A DNA stretch of 64,000 nucleotides from Eledone cirrhosa (lineage: Eukaryota), in assembly GCA_964016885.1 (NCBI GenBank), contig OZ024760.1:2418001-2482000 (forward strand), in the 5' to 3' direction. A program made the position numbers and the translations under genes. Of this stretch, positions 36,345 to 49,900 are shown in pieces. The notes under the pieces were generated by a model, which did no database searches, was not told the DNA's origin, and saw only the letters and a program-made list of their open reading frames with translations. How positions within the stretch are numbered: position 1 is the stretch's first letter; each line of letters starts with the position of its first letter.

Positions 36345-36882
36345 CGTTTCTGAATTTGTTTAGCAAGATTCTTTATCTGAAAACGTGTGTTGAAACCGAT
36401 ATTGTTATACTTTGGGAGGGTCATGTTGCCAATAAGAAACACACTCACCTGTTGCTTTCACTTCAATTTATTATAATAAATTTATAAATTTCCGGTTGGT
36501 TGGTTGGTTCCACAACCAGATGGTTGTTTATATATTGTCAAAGTTCTTTCGTCACACATTCTGTGACCTCTTCAGTGACTGGGGATTCTTTTCTTTGTTT
36601 TTTGTGCCTCCCCTTTGTTCTGTCATCTTCTGAAGATGGCGTAGGACAGAACAAAGGAGAGGCACAAAAAACAAAGAAAAGAATCCCCAGTTACTGAAGA
36701 GGTCACAGAATGTGTGACGAAAGAACTTTGACAATATATAAACAACCATCCGGTTGTGGAACCAACCAACCAACCGGAAATTTATAAATTCCTAAATTTA
36801 TAAATTTATTATAATAAATTGAAGTGAAAGCAACTGGTGCGTGTGTTTCTTATTGGCAATATGACCCTCCCAAAGTATAACA
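36342..36882 (-). mobile_element. PLE-like inverted repeat (~225-bp arms) plus tail, with an HHR in each arm
   Basis: HHR plus at 36690-36732 (gtta CTGAAGA g gtcaca-gaatg-tgtgac GAAA gaac TT tgac) and minus at 36537-36579. Tail 36342-36402. Confidence 0.75.
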
Positions 36883-37052
36883 AAATATATATATACATAT
36901 ATATATATATATATGACGAGTAAGTATGTTTTGAAACAGTGAGCAGGTTTGAAATTAGAAAATAGAATAGCTTTCACCGTATTTTTAACTAAAGAGATTT
37001 TAGCCTGATAATGGGGTTTAGAACCCTCAGATAAATGGAAAAAGATGAGTAT

Positions 37053-37120
37053 TGATGTACATGGGAGTCGAACCCACATCTTTGGTTATTCAGACCACTG
37101 TGCTACCATTACACCAACAC

Positions 37121-37123
<3 letters not shown>
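37053..37123 (-). tRNA. tRNA-like cloverleaf (nominal GAA anticodon, atypical); probable pseudogene or SINE head
   Basis: Acceptor GATGTGT/GTACATC, D arm GTGT-AATGGTA-GCAC, anticodon arm GTGGT-CTGAATA-ACCAA, T arm GTGGG-TTCGACT-CCCAT. T5 run ~9 nt downstream. U37 and a stem mismatch are non-canonical. Confidence 0.5.
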
Positions 37124-37204
<81 letters not shown>

Positions 37205-37209
<5 letters not shown>

Positions 37210-37435
37210 AAAGGTAAGTAAACACAAATAACAACACAATTGGTACAGTATATGGAAGGTATATATATTAGTTTAACGCTTGATATAGCAGGAAGTGGGT
37301 CTTAACGTTTCGGACGCTAGTCGTTCATCAGAAGCAAGAATGAGAAATAAAAAAGATTGAGGGGACGGGCGGAATGGAATTGGAAAAAATGTCTTTAGAT
37401 AAAAATAACAGGTCCATTCATGTTGACATCTCTTG
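37205..37435 (-). mobile_element. PLE-like end with minimal HHR (37301-37334)
   Basis: ctt CTGATGA a cgac-tagc-gtcc GAAA cg TT aag. The 3' end abuts (TA)n. Confidence 0.65.
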
Positions 37436-38499
37436 CAATAAGTTTTGCTCCACTAGACACCAGCTAAATATTTTGATTAATTTATAAGCAGTGCTGTTCA
37501 TTAAAAGAAATATGGTAATGAAAGAGTTAAAATGAAAGTGTTTGTATCATAGAACTAGGTGTGGTACTCTCAGCTGGGTTGCTATTAAGAACAATTGATT
37601 CTTTGATGATACAATATAGAAAAATACAAAATAATAAAATAAAAAAAAATCTATGAGTTAATGTCACTAAAAAGATTGGCTTTTGGTTGAAGAATCAGTC
37701 ATCATATCACATCCTGTTACACATTCTTCATATCCTGTTGCTTCACTTCTCCTCTATCTAAGTAAAAGAGCTTCTACATGGTCACTCAACCTGCTAAAAG
37801 TAGCACCCAAATATCCCTCAAATCATTTGAAAAGTCTGGATGCTCATCAGCCCAATCATCATCATATAATTTTAACCCTTTAACATTTAAAACTGACCCT
37901 AGCCGGTCAGAATTCTCTCACTTCTTTCTGTTCAAACAGGCTGTAACCAGCTGCTCATACAGATGTTGAGGTATTGTTCTCAAAATAAATAATTGTTTCT
38001 ACTTTTGGCACAAGGCCAGCAATTACCCAGTACATTACTGGTACTTTATTTTATCGACCTCTGTATGGATGAAAGGCAAAGTTAACCTCGGCGGGATTTG
38101 AACTCAGCTCGTAAAGGGACGTAACTATGCTGGAAAGCATATCCGACCCTCTACCGATACTGCCAATTCACCAAAATAAATAATATCAAAATCTCATAGA
38201 TTCAATATTATGTGAGATAATTATGTGAGGTAAAGTGTTTACCACGGAAATATAATAGTAAATATAGAGTAATGTAAATGGTAAAGAGTTAAAAAGCCTG
38301 TTCCATGCCTGGAGACTCATCAGCTGAGAGCATATCCTGATTTCATTGGTGTTAAGTAACTAAACTAGAATACAACTCAACATTCCACCACCCACCCAAA
38401 CATGACAGGATGCGAGTCCGTTTGCAGGGTTAACCCCCAGCTAGTGCTGTCACACATTTTCAGTTGAGTGTCAACTGGAACAATGTAAAGTGTGTGTAT

Positions 38500-38530
<31 letters not shown>

Positions 38531-39550
38531 ACGTTTAACGTCCATGTTCCACGCTTGCATGGGTTTGGACGGGAGTTTTCCCACTTGAGGCAAGAGTGGT
38601 TGTCTTGCTCGCATAGGACTGTCTGGCGGGTTTTCTACGGCTGGATGCCCTTCCTAACACCAACCACGTTTACAGCGTGGACTGGGAGGTTTTTACCGTG
38701 TTACCTACACGGCCACATTACAGCATGGACTGTGTGTTTTTTTGTCGTGACACCTACACGACCTCATTTATTTCGGCCTGGATGTTGTGGTACCAACATA
38801 ACTTTACATTGAAAGGGGTGGTGTGGATGGGGTGGGGGTAGTGGGACGGGGTGTATTTTGTTAGAGATGCCTACTGACTGTAGTAGGTTTTACTTTGTAT
38901 TTAGGTAAGGTGGGTCTTCTCTATTACTGAGTACCGCCAAAGATCTCGGTCCAGTGACATTGTCTTGGAGAGGTGTAAGTGTGTGAGGTCGGAATTTATC
39001 AGCTCGTCCCAGGTTTTTCTGGGTCTGCCTACTCCGTAGCTACCGTCTATCTTTATTGACCTGCAATTTGTTATACAGCTGTCGTCTTTCATGCGCATCA
39101 CGTGACCATACCAATGTAGCCTTCTCTCGAGTAAACAACATCTGATCCCTCTTATTTCTAATTTTTTCCTTAGTTCGTTTATGCTTTGCCGTTCACGTAT
39201 ATTACTATTACACATCCAGCGGAGCATGCAAGCTTCGTTCCTCTCTAGTCTGCGTATATCCTCTGCACACAATGCCCAGGTCTCACTGCCATGTAACATT
39301 GCTGTTCGTATGCAGGCATCATACAACCTGCCTTTCATTTTTAGGGAGAACCCTTTAGCGGCTAATAGTGGTATAAGCTCTCTGAACTTTTTCCATCCAG
39401 TTCTGACTCTAGCTACTGTACTTTAAGAGCACCCTCCCCCACTTTGTCACCCAGGTGACGGAAGGAGTCCACAATTTCTATATATATATTTCTATATATA
39501 TGTATATATATGTATATATATGTATATATGTATTTATATATATATATATT

Positions 39551-39652
<102 letters not shown>

Positions 39653-39664
39653 CATATATATATT

Positions 39665-39855
<191 letters not shown>

Positions 39856-39907
39856 ATATATATAACAATGTTGTCTCTGATTGAGATGAAGTAAGAGTGT
39901 ATTTGAA

Positions 39908-40675
39908 ACATTTGTTCACGCTCAGAGTTGCTGAAGCATGGAACAAACTGCCTGCGTCAGTTGTCAGCTGCCGAGACACTGCATCCTTTACAACCCCCAT
40001 GGAACAAACTGCCTGCATCAGTTGTCAGCTGCCAAGACACAGCATCCTTCACAACCCCCATGGAACAAACTGCCTGCGTCAGTTGTCAGCTGCCGAGACA
40101 CTGCATCCTTTACAACCCCCATGGAACAAACTGCCTGCATCAGTTGTCAGCTGCCGAGACACTGCATCCTTTACAACCCCCCATGGAACAAACTGCCTGC
40201 ACCAGTTGTCAGATGCCGAGACACAGCATCCTTTACAAACCCCATGGAACAAACTGCCTGCATCAGTTGTCAGCTGCCGAGACACAGCATCCTTTACAAA
40301 CCCCATGGAACAAACTGCCTGCATCAGTTGTCAGCTGCCGAGACACAGCATCCTTTACAACCCCCATGGAACAAACTGCCTGCATCAGTTGTCAGCTGCC
40401 GAGACACTGCATCCTTTACAACCCCCATGGAACAAACTGCCTGCATCAGTTGTTAGCTGCCGAGACACTGCATCCTTTACAACCCTCATGCTTCCCGAAA
40501 TTCGCCAAAACTACACCTGATGTACCCCTTCCATACACATGCACACATGTGTATATCATGACTTATGCACTGTTCATTTTCCTGACGTTTGTACATTTCC
40601 CTATGTACTATACATACACTTTTTGATGAGTTGTAGTGCACCTGAGCACTGTACACAATATTTTCATTATTATTA
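39908..40675 (+). mobile_element. CR1-type LINE 3' end with a ~61-bp segment amplified ~9 times (39938-40485)
   Basis: FTLRVAEAWNKLPASVVSCRDTASF matches the CR1 ORF2 C-terminal RV...WN.LP..VV....F motif. Ends in (ATT)n. Confidence 0.75.
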
Positions 40676-40731
40676 TATAAAAATGAGAAAACTCATTGCT
40701 AGAACAGCCGTTAAAACAGCAATGGGCAAAG

Positions 40732-42935
40732 ATGCCTCAGAGACAAGAGACCAGCGGCCAGGGGTTGACCAAGAGACAATACACAAGGTGGGTGACAGGC
40801 AGATGAAATATAATGCCTCAGAGACAAGAGACCAGCCGCCAGATGTTGCAGAGAGACAATACACAAGGTGGGTGACAGGCAGATGAAATATAATGCCTCA
40901 GAGACAAGAGACCAGCGGCCAGAGGTTGACCAAGAGACAATACACAAGGTGGGTGACAGGCAGATGAAATATAATGCCTCAGAGACAAGAGACCAGCCGC
41001 CAGAGGTTGACAGAGGGACAATACACAAGGTGGGTGACAGGCAGATGAAATATAATGCCTCAGAGACAAGAGACCAGCCGCCAGAGGTTGACAGAGGGAC
41101 AATACACAAGGTGGGTGACAGGCAGATGAAATATAATGCCTCAGAGACAAGAGACCAGCCGCCAGAGGTTGACAGAGGGACAATACACAAGGTGGGTGAC
41201 AGGCAGATGAAATATAATGCCTCAGAGACAAGAGACCAGCCGCCAGATGTTGCAGAGAGACAATACACAAGGTAGGTGACAGGCAGATGAAATATAATGC
41301 CTCAGATACAAGAGACCAGCGGCCAGAGGTTGACCAAGAGACAATACACAAGGTGGGTGACAGGCAGATGAAATATAATGCCTCAGAGACAAGAGACCAG
41401 TGGCCAGAGGTTGCAGAGAGACAATACACAAGGTGGGTGACAGGCAGATGAAATATAATGCTTCAGAGACAAGAGAACAGCGGCCGCCAGAGGTTGACAG
41501 AGGGACAATACACAAGGGGGGTGACAGGCAGATGAATTATAATGCCTCAGAGACAAGAGACCAGCGGCTGCCAGAGGTTGACAGAGGGACAATACACAAG
41601 GTGGGTGACAGGCAGATGAAATATAATGCCTCAGATACAAGAGACCAGTGGCCAGAGGTTGCAGAGAGACAATACACAAGGTGGGTGACAGGCAGATGAA
41701 ATATAATGCTTCAGAGACAAGAGACCAGCGGCCGCCAGAGGTTGACAGAGGGACAATACACAAGGTGGGTGACAGGCAGATGAAATATAATGCCTCAGAG
41801 ACAAGAGACCAGCGGCTGCCAGAGGTTGACAGAGGGACAATACACAAGGTGGGTGACAGGCAGATGAAATATAATGCCTCAGATACAAGAGACCAGCGGC
41901 CAGAGGTTGACCAAGAGACAATACACAAGGTGGGTGACAGGCAGATGAAATATAATGCCTCAGAGACAAGAGACCAGCGGCCAGAGGTTGACAGAGGGAC
42001 AATACACAAGGTGGGTGACAGGCAGATGAAATATAATGCCTCAGAGACAAGAGACCAGCCACCAGAGGTTGACCAAGAGACAATACACAAGGTGGGTGAC
42101 AGGCAGATGAAATATAATGCCTCAGAGACAAGAGACCAGCGGCCAGAGGTTGACAGAGGGACAATACACAAGGTGGGTGACAGGCAGATGAAATATAATG
42201 CCTCAGATACAAGAGACCAGTGGCCAGAGGTTGCAGAGAGACAATACACAAGGTGGGTGACAGGCAGATGAAATATAATGCTTCAGAGACAAGAGACCAG
42301 CGGCCGCCAGAGGTTGACAGAGGGACAATACACAAGGTGGGTGACAGGCAGATGAAATATAATGCCTCAGAGACAAGAGACCAGCGGCTGCCAGAGGTTG
42401 ACAGAGGGACAATACACAAGGTGGGTGACAGGCAGATGAAATATAATGCCTCAGATACAAGAGACCAGCGGCCAGAGGTTGACCAAGAGACAATACACAA
42501 GGTGGGTGACAGGCAGATGAAATATAATGCCTCAGAGACAAGAGACCAGCGGCTGCCAGAGGTTGACAGAGGGACAATACACAAGGTGGGTGACAGGCAG
42601 ATGAAATATAATGCCTCAGATACAAGAGACCAGCGGCCAGAGGTTGACCAAGAGACAATACACAAGGTGGGTGACAGGCAGATGAAATATAATGCCTCAG
42701 AGACAAGAGACCAGCGGCCAGAGGTTGACAGAGGGACAATACACAAGGTGGGTGACAGGCAGATGAAATATAATGCCTCAGAGACAAGAGACCAGCGGCC
42801 AGAGGTTGACCAAGAGACAATACACAAGGTGGGTGACAGGCAGATGAAATATAATGCCTCAGAGACAAGAGACCAGCCACCAGAGGTTGACCAAGAGACA
42901 ATACACAAGGTGGGTGACAGGCAGATGAAATATAA
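40732..42935. repeat. 80/81/84-bp satellite, ~27 copies
   Basis: Unit gcctcagagacaagagaccagcggccagaggttgaccaagagacaatacacaaggtgggtgacaggcagatgaaatataat. Confidence 0.95.
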
Positions 42936-45900
42936 AAAAGATCTGCGCCGACACACTTCTTCTTGACCTCCTCCTCTTTCAATCTTTTCTATATTTCATC
43001 TGCCCACCTTGTAGATCGTCTCTCTACTGACCACTGGCCACTGGTCTCTGTCCTCTGAGGCTCTTTTGGCCCAAGCTGTGGTGACTTAATGGCTGTTCTA
43101 GCAAATTTTTATATATTCAAATACACACTCTCACCTCATCTTGATCAGAGACAACATTGCTTTTTTATTATATATACACATATACAAATATATTTACACA
43201 CACACACACACATATATTTACACATACACACATATTTACACATACATATATATTTACACACACATACATATATTTACACATACACAGACACACACATATT
43301 TACACATACAAATATATTTACACACACATACATATATTTACACATACACGGACACACACATATTTACACATACATATATATTTACACACATATATATATT
43401 TGCACATACACACAGACACATACATATTTACACATACATATATATTTACACACATATATATATTTGCACATACACACAGACACACACATATTTACACATA
43501 CATATATATTTACACACATATATATTTGCACATACACACAGACACACATATTTACACAAACATACATATATATTTACATACACGTATGTATATATATAAA
43601 TATATATATTTACACTTACACACACACACATATTTACACATACGTACATACATATTTACACACACATATTTTTACTAGCAAATTTACATTGCTTTTTCAT
43701 TATATATATACACATATACAAATATATTTACACATACACACACACACACATATTTACACATACATATATATTTACACATATATATATTTGCATAGACACA
43801 CATATTTACACATGCATACATATATATATTTACATACACGTATGTATATATATATATATATATATATTTACACTTACACACTCACACATATTTACACATA
43901 CATAAATATTTACACACACATATTTTTACATACAAATGCACTAGAACAGTTATCATATATATATATATATATATATATACCCTCTCTCCAAATTCTATCC
44001 ACTTCGGTACTTGAAGAAAAAAAAAAAACACAAAAAAAATAACAAACAAATGTACAACATCAAATATACAAATTTTTCTTTCTTTAAATCTAAAGAATTC
44101 TCGTTGAGTTTTGTTTTCGAAAACACAACAAAAACAACTACAACAGGAAAAACAACAACAACTGCAAAAAAACAACAATGATTAAAAAAAAAGTGGTAAA
44201 CTTCCGTATTGTCTGTTTTCATGTCAGTGAAAGCTGTAGAGACTAGTTGAAGCTGTATAGTGAGAGGAGAGTGCTTAATGCTTTGTAAAGAGTAGAGAAA
44301 GAAGAATAAGACAGAAATACTAGAAATTTAGAAATATAAAAGAATTTATTTTCAAATATAATTATCATGATGAAAAAAACAAAATGGCTGAAATGTTGAC
44401 TAATGGTTGAAAAGAGTGTAAAGATTTGAAAGAAACAAACAATAAACTTAGGAGGAGATTTCCAGAAATACTAAATAAGGCAGACTATAAATATTGTTTC
44501 TGATTGAGGCACAAGCCTACAATTTTGGGGGAGGAGAAAGTCGATTAAATCGAATCCAGTGCATTACTGGTACTTCATTTTATTGAACCCTGTAAGGATG
44601 AAGGCAAAGCTAACCTTGGCGGGATTTGAATTCAGAACATAAAGGGACATTACTTTATTTTATTGACCCCCGTAGGGATGAAAGGCAAAGCAAAACTCAA
44701 AGTTGATTAAATTGACCTCAGAGTACAGTGATTGTTGGTCTATGTTGGTTAGTTGATTTTATTGTGGTGTTGATTTGTTTGTTGCGTGCGGGCTCACTGG
44801 TAGCTTTCTGTGTGGTGTGGTGTGGCCACTGTTGTGTGGTTCAGCATGACTAGAGGTTGCATGGGTGCAGGTAAATGAGTAAGTGTTCAATAAGATGATG
44901 ATGATATGATAGTTCCTTGATCCCACAGGAAATGAATACATATAAATGAACCACGATGACACCAAACCACTATATTATTAATTTATTGAAAATAACTCAC
45001 ACCGGAGCTATACGAAAAATAGACAAGAATTATGGACGTTATTTGTTTGTTTGTAAAAGTAGAATTAAATTGTATTTACCAAGAAAACTTCATGAACTTC
45101 ACTGGCTTGGTTAAGAGAGAGAGACCAAGAGATAGAGATTGAGTGAAAGAGAGAGAGTAAGAGTCTGTAAGAGTCAGTAAGACCCCAAAAGGGGTCTGTA
45201 GAAAGCAAATGTTTTACATGTTTACTCTATCAAGAACTGCTTCAAACTGCTTCCCGCTTCATCTAAGACAGGCTATTTATATCTGTCACTTACTCTGTCC
45301 CCTGGTCGTCCACTCTCAGACTTGTTTACGCCCGAAAGGAGATAACCCCCCAAAAATGACCGTTAAATGTCAACCAGGGGTGAAGGTGTGGACAGATCTC
45401 ACTACAAGAGAGCAGAGAGCCAGGATGAATACCACAAATGAATACCACAGAATGAATACCACAAAACATTCTGTCCGATATTCTAATGACTCTGACAATT
45501 TGCCGTCATATGGCAGACGCAAGCCCAATTCCAACAAGAGACTCTGTCCAATTTTTTCCATCTCTTCAACTATTTCATTCTTAACCTTCTGTACCACATG
45601 AAACCACATTAGCAAGACATTCTTGAAAAGTGCAGAAAAGTGCAGAAATGGCTCCAGCGACCCCTGGACCTTCTCAATCCTTCCCCCTGGGGGAAGGAAG
45701 GTAGTAGGACCCACTTTAAGAACTTCTGCTTTACACAATGTACTTCATCATCACTGTTTTACATATATCATCCATGCTTGCATGGGTTGGACAGGTTGTT
45801 TTATTCTGAATCTAGATATATCAAATGACCATGTCTCATTGATACCAGCCATTCTGACAGGGCTAGGGTTAGGGTTGGGGTTGGCCTTGCAATCGAAAGG

Positions 45901-46654
45901 TTGTGAGTTCAATTCTCAGACCGGGTGATGTGTTGTTTCCTTGAGCAAGACACTTTATTTCACATTGCTCCAGTTTACTCAGCTGTAGAAATGAAGATAA
46001 TAGGGACTGGGGTCCCTATCATTAAATCACCTAAGACACCTCCAGCGAGATATACCTTGGAGGAGGCCAGCTAAACTTGCATAGGTGTGAGCTGTCACAA
46101 CATATATATATATATATATAATATATATATATATAGGCAGACCCAGAAAAACCTGGGACGACTTGATAAATTCCGACCTCACACACTTACACCTCTCCAA
46201 GACAATGTCACTGGACCGAGATCTTTGGCGCTACACAGTAATAGAGAAGACCCGCCTTACCTAAGTACAAAGTGAAACCTACTAGAGTCAGTAGGCACCT
46301 CTAACAAAATACACCCTGTCCCACTACCCCCACCCCATCCACACCACCCCTTCAATGTAAAGTTATGTTGGTGTCACAACATCCAGCCCGAAACGAATGA
46401 GGTCGTGTAGCTGTCACAACAAAAAAACACACAGTCCACGCTGTAATGTGGCCGTGTAGGTAACACGATAAAAACCTCCCAGTTCCACACTGTAAATGTG
46501 GTTGGTGTTAGGAAGGGCATCCAGCCGTAGAAAACCTGCCAGACAGTCCTATGCGAGCAAGACAACCACTCTTGCCTCAAGTGGGAAAACCCCCGTCCAA
46601 ACCCATGCAAGCGTGGAATATGGACGTTAAACGATGATGATGATGATATATATA

Positions 46655-46850
46655 ACAAATGAATTGTGGTAAGGAACCAGATGGACCATAACCCACCAGA
46701 GTACTCAATACTTAGGGTAGTAGAGTGGGTAATAGGAAAAAGTATGACCCCGACGGCAGAGCTCAAGACGTTTCGACGGCTATTTCTGGACTCCAGAAAT
46801 AGCCGTCGAAACGTCTTGAGCTCTGCCGTCGGGGTCATACTTTTTCCTAT
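46655..46850 (-). mobile_element. PLE-like perfect palindrome (46732-46850) plus tail, with HHR 3' half
   Basis: gtc GAAA cg TC ttgagc in both arms. The CUGANGA half is absent at the inversion centre. Confidence 0.7.
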
Positions 46851-46911
46851 AAATATATATATGTTAAACTTTGTCTGATTTACTCATTTTATTTACAATC
46901 CTTTAAAATTT

Positions 46912-49900
46912 ATAATGGTATTAGAATGAAATAGTATGGTAGAATATTAAATGTTATATATATAATGGTATTAGAATGAAATAGTATGGTAGAATATTAA
47001 ATGTTATATATATATAATGGTATTAGAATGAAATAGTAGGGTAGAATATTAAATGTTATATATATATAATGGTATTAGAATGAAATAGTATGGTAGAATA
47101 TTAAATGTTATATATATAATGGTATTAGAATGAAATAGTATGGTAGAATATTAAATGTTATATATATATAATGGTATTAGAATGAAATAGTAGGGTAGAA
47201 TATTAAATGTTATATATATATAATGGTATTAGAATGAAATAGTATGGTAGAATATTAAATGTTATATATATATAATGGTATTAGAATGAAATAGTATGGT
47301 AGAATATTAAATGTTATATATATATATAATGGTATTAGAATGAAATAGTATGGTAGAATATTAAATGTTATATATATATATAATGGTATTAGAATGAAAT
47401 AGTATAGTAGAATATTAAATGTTATATATATAATGGTATTAGAATGAAATAGTATGGTAGAATATAAAATGTTATATATATATATAATGGTATTAGAATG
47501 AAATAGTATGGTAGAATATTAAATGTTATATATATATATATAATGGTATTAGAATGAAATAGTATAGTAGAATATTAAATGTTATATATATAATGGTATT
47601 AGAATGAAATAGTATGGTAGAATATAAAATGTTATATATATATATAATGGTATTAGAATGAAATAGTATGGTAGAATATTAAATGTTATATATATATATA
47701 TATAATGGTATTAGAATGAAATAGTATAGTAGAATATTAAATGTTATATATATAATGGTATTAGAATGAAATAGTATGGTAGAATATTAAATGTTATATA
47801 TATATATAATGGTATTAGAATGAAATAGTATGGTAGAATATAAAATGTTATATATATATATAATGGTATTAGAATGAAATAGTATGGTAGAATATTAAAT
47901 GTTATATATATATAATGGTATTAGAATGAAATAGTATGGTAGAATATTAAATGTTATATATATATATATAATGGTATTAGAATGAAATAGTATGGTAGAA
48001 TATTAAATGTTATATATATATATATAATGGTATTAGAATGAAATAGTATAGTAGAATATTAAATGTTATATATATAATGGTATTAGAATGAAATAGTATG
48101 GTAGAATATAAAATGTTATATATATATATAATGGTATTAGAATGAAATAGTATGGTAGAATATTAAATGTTATATATATATATATATAATGGTATTAGAA
48201 TGAAATAGTATAGTAGAATATTAAATGTTATATATATAATGGTATTAGAATGAAATAGTATGGTAGAATATTAAATGTTATATATATATATAATGGTATT
48301 AGAATGAAATAGTATGGTAGAATATTAAATGTTATATATATATATATAATGGTATTAGAATGAAATAGTATGGTAGAATATAAAATGTTATATATATATA
48401 TAATGGTATTAGAATGAAATAGTATGGTAGAATATTAAATGTTATATATATATATATAATGGTATTAGAGTGAAATAGTATGGTAGAATATAAAATGTTA
48501 TATATATATATAATGGTATTAGAATGAAATAGTATGGTAGAATATTAAATGTTATATATATATAATGGTATTAGAATGAAATAGTATGGTAGAATATAAA
48601 ATGTTATATATATATATAATGGTATTAGAATGAAATAGTATGGTAGAATATTAAATGTTATATATATATAATGGTATTAGAATGAAATAGTATGGTAGAA
48701 TATAAAATGTTATATATATATATAATGGTATTAGAATGAAATAGTATGGTAGAATATTAAATGTTATATATATATATATATAATGGTATTAGAATGAAAT
48801 AGTATGGTAGAATATTAAATGTTATATATATATATATATAATGGTATTAGAATGAAATAGTATGGTAGAATATAAAATGTTATATATATATATATAATGG
48901 TATTAGAATGAAATAGTATGGTAGAATATTAAATGTTATATATATATATAATGGTATTAGAATGAAATAGTATGGTAGAATATTAAATGTTATATATATA
49001 TGTATATATATAATGGTATTAGAATGAAATAGTATGGTAGAATATTAAATGTTATATATATATATAATGGTATTAGAATGAAATAGTATGGTAGAATATT
49101 AAATGTTATATATATATATATATAATGGTATTAGAATGAAATAGTATGGTAGAATATTAAATGTTATATATATATAATGGTATTAGAATGAAATAGTATG
49201 GTAGAATATTAAATGTTATATATATATAATGGTATTAGAATGAAATAGTATGGTAGAATATTAAATGTTATATATATATAATGGTATTAGAATGAAATAG
49301 TATGGTAGAATATTAAATGTTATATATATAATGGTATTAGAGTGAAATAGTATGGTAGAATATTAAATGTTATATATATATACATAATGGTATTAGAATG
49401 AAATAGTATGGTAGAATATTAAATGTTATATATATATATAATGGTATTAGAATGAAATAGTATGGTAGAATATTAAATGTTATATATATATGTATATATA
49501 TAATGGTATTAGAGTGAAATAGTATGGTAGAATATAAAATGTTATATATATATATAATGGTATTAGAATGAAATAGTATGGTAGAATATTAAATGTTATA
49601 TATATATACATAATGGTATTAGAATGAAATAGTATGGTAGAATATAAAATGTTATATATATATATAATGGTATTAGAATGAAATAGTATGGTAGAATATT
49701 AAATGTTATATATATATATATAATGGTATTAGAGTGAAATAGTATGGTAGAATATAAAATGTTATATATATATATAATGGTATTAGAATGAAATAGTATG
49801 GTAGAATATTAAATGTTATATATATATACATAATGGTATTAGAATGAAATAGTATGGTAGAATATAAAATGTTATATATATATATAATGGTATTAGAATG

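Larger units (their letters stand above)
39866..43159. mobile_element. Fold-back element whose left arm hosts a CR1 fragment and an 81-bp satellite
   Basis: The right arm 42982-43159 is the diverged reverse complement of 39866-39907 + 40675-40735 + one satellite unit. Confidence 0.7.

Noticed and set aside
37844-38323. CTGATGA on the minus strand at 37844-37850 and 38317-38323
   Set aside because: No properly placed stem II-GAAA-stem III-UH follows.
40711-42982. Repetitive ORFs (ETIHKVGDRQMKYNASETRDQ...)
   Set aside because: Satellite units of 80/81/84 bp shift frame freely; origin is explained by the fold-back arm.
45460-45730. hAT-like terminus (cagaagttcttaaagtggg on the minus strand)
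   Set aside because: No partner TIR or 8-bp TSD found.
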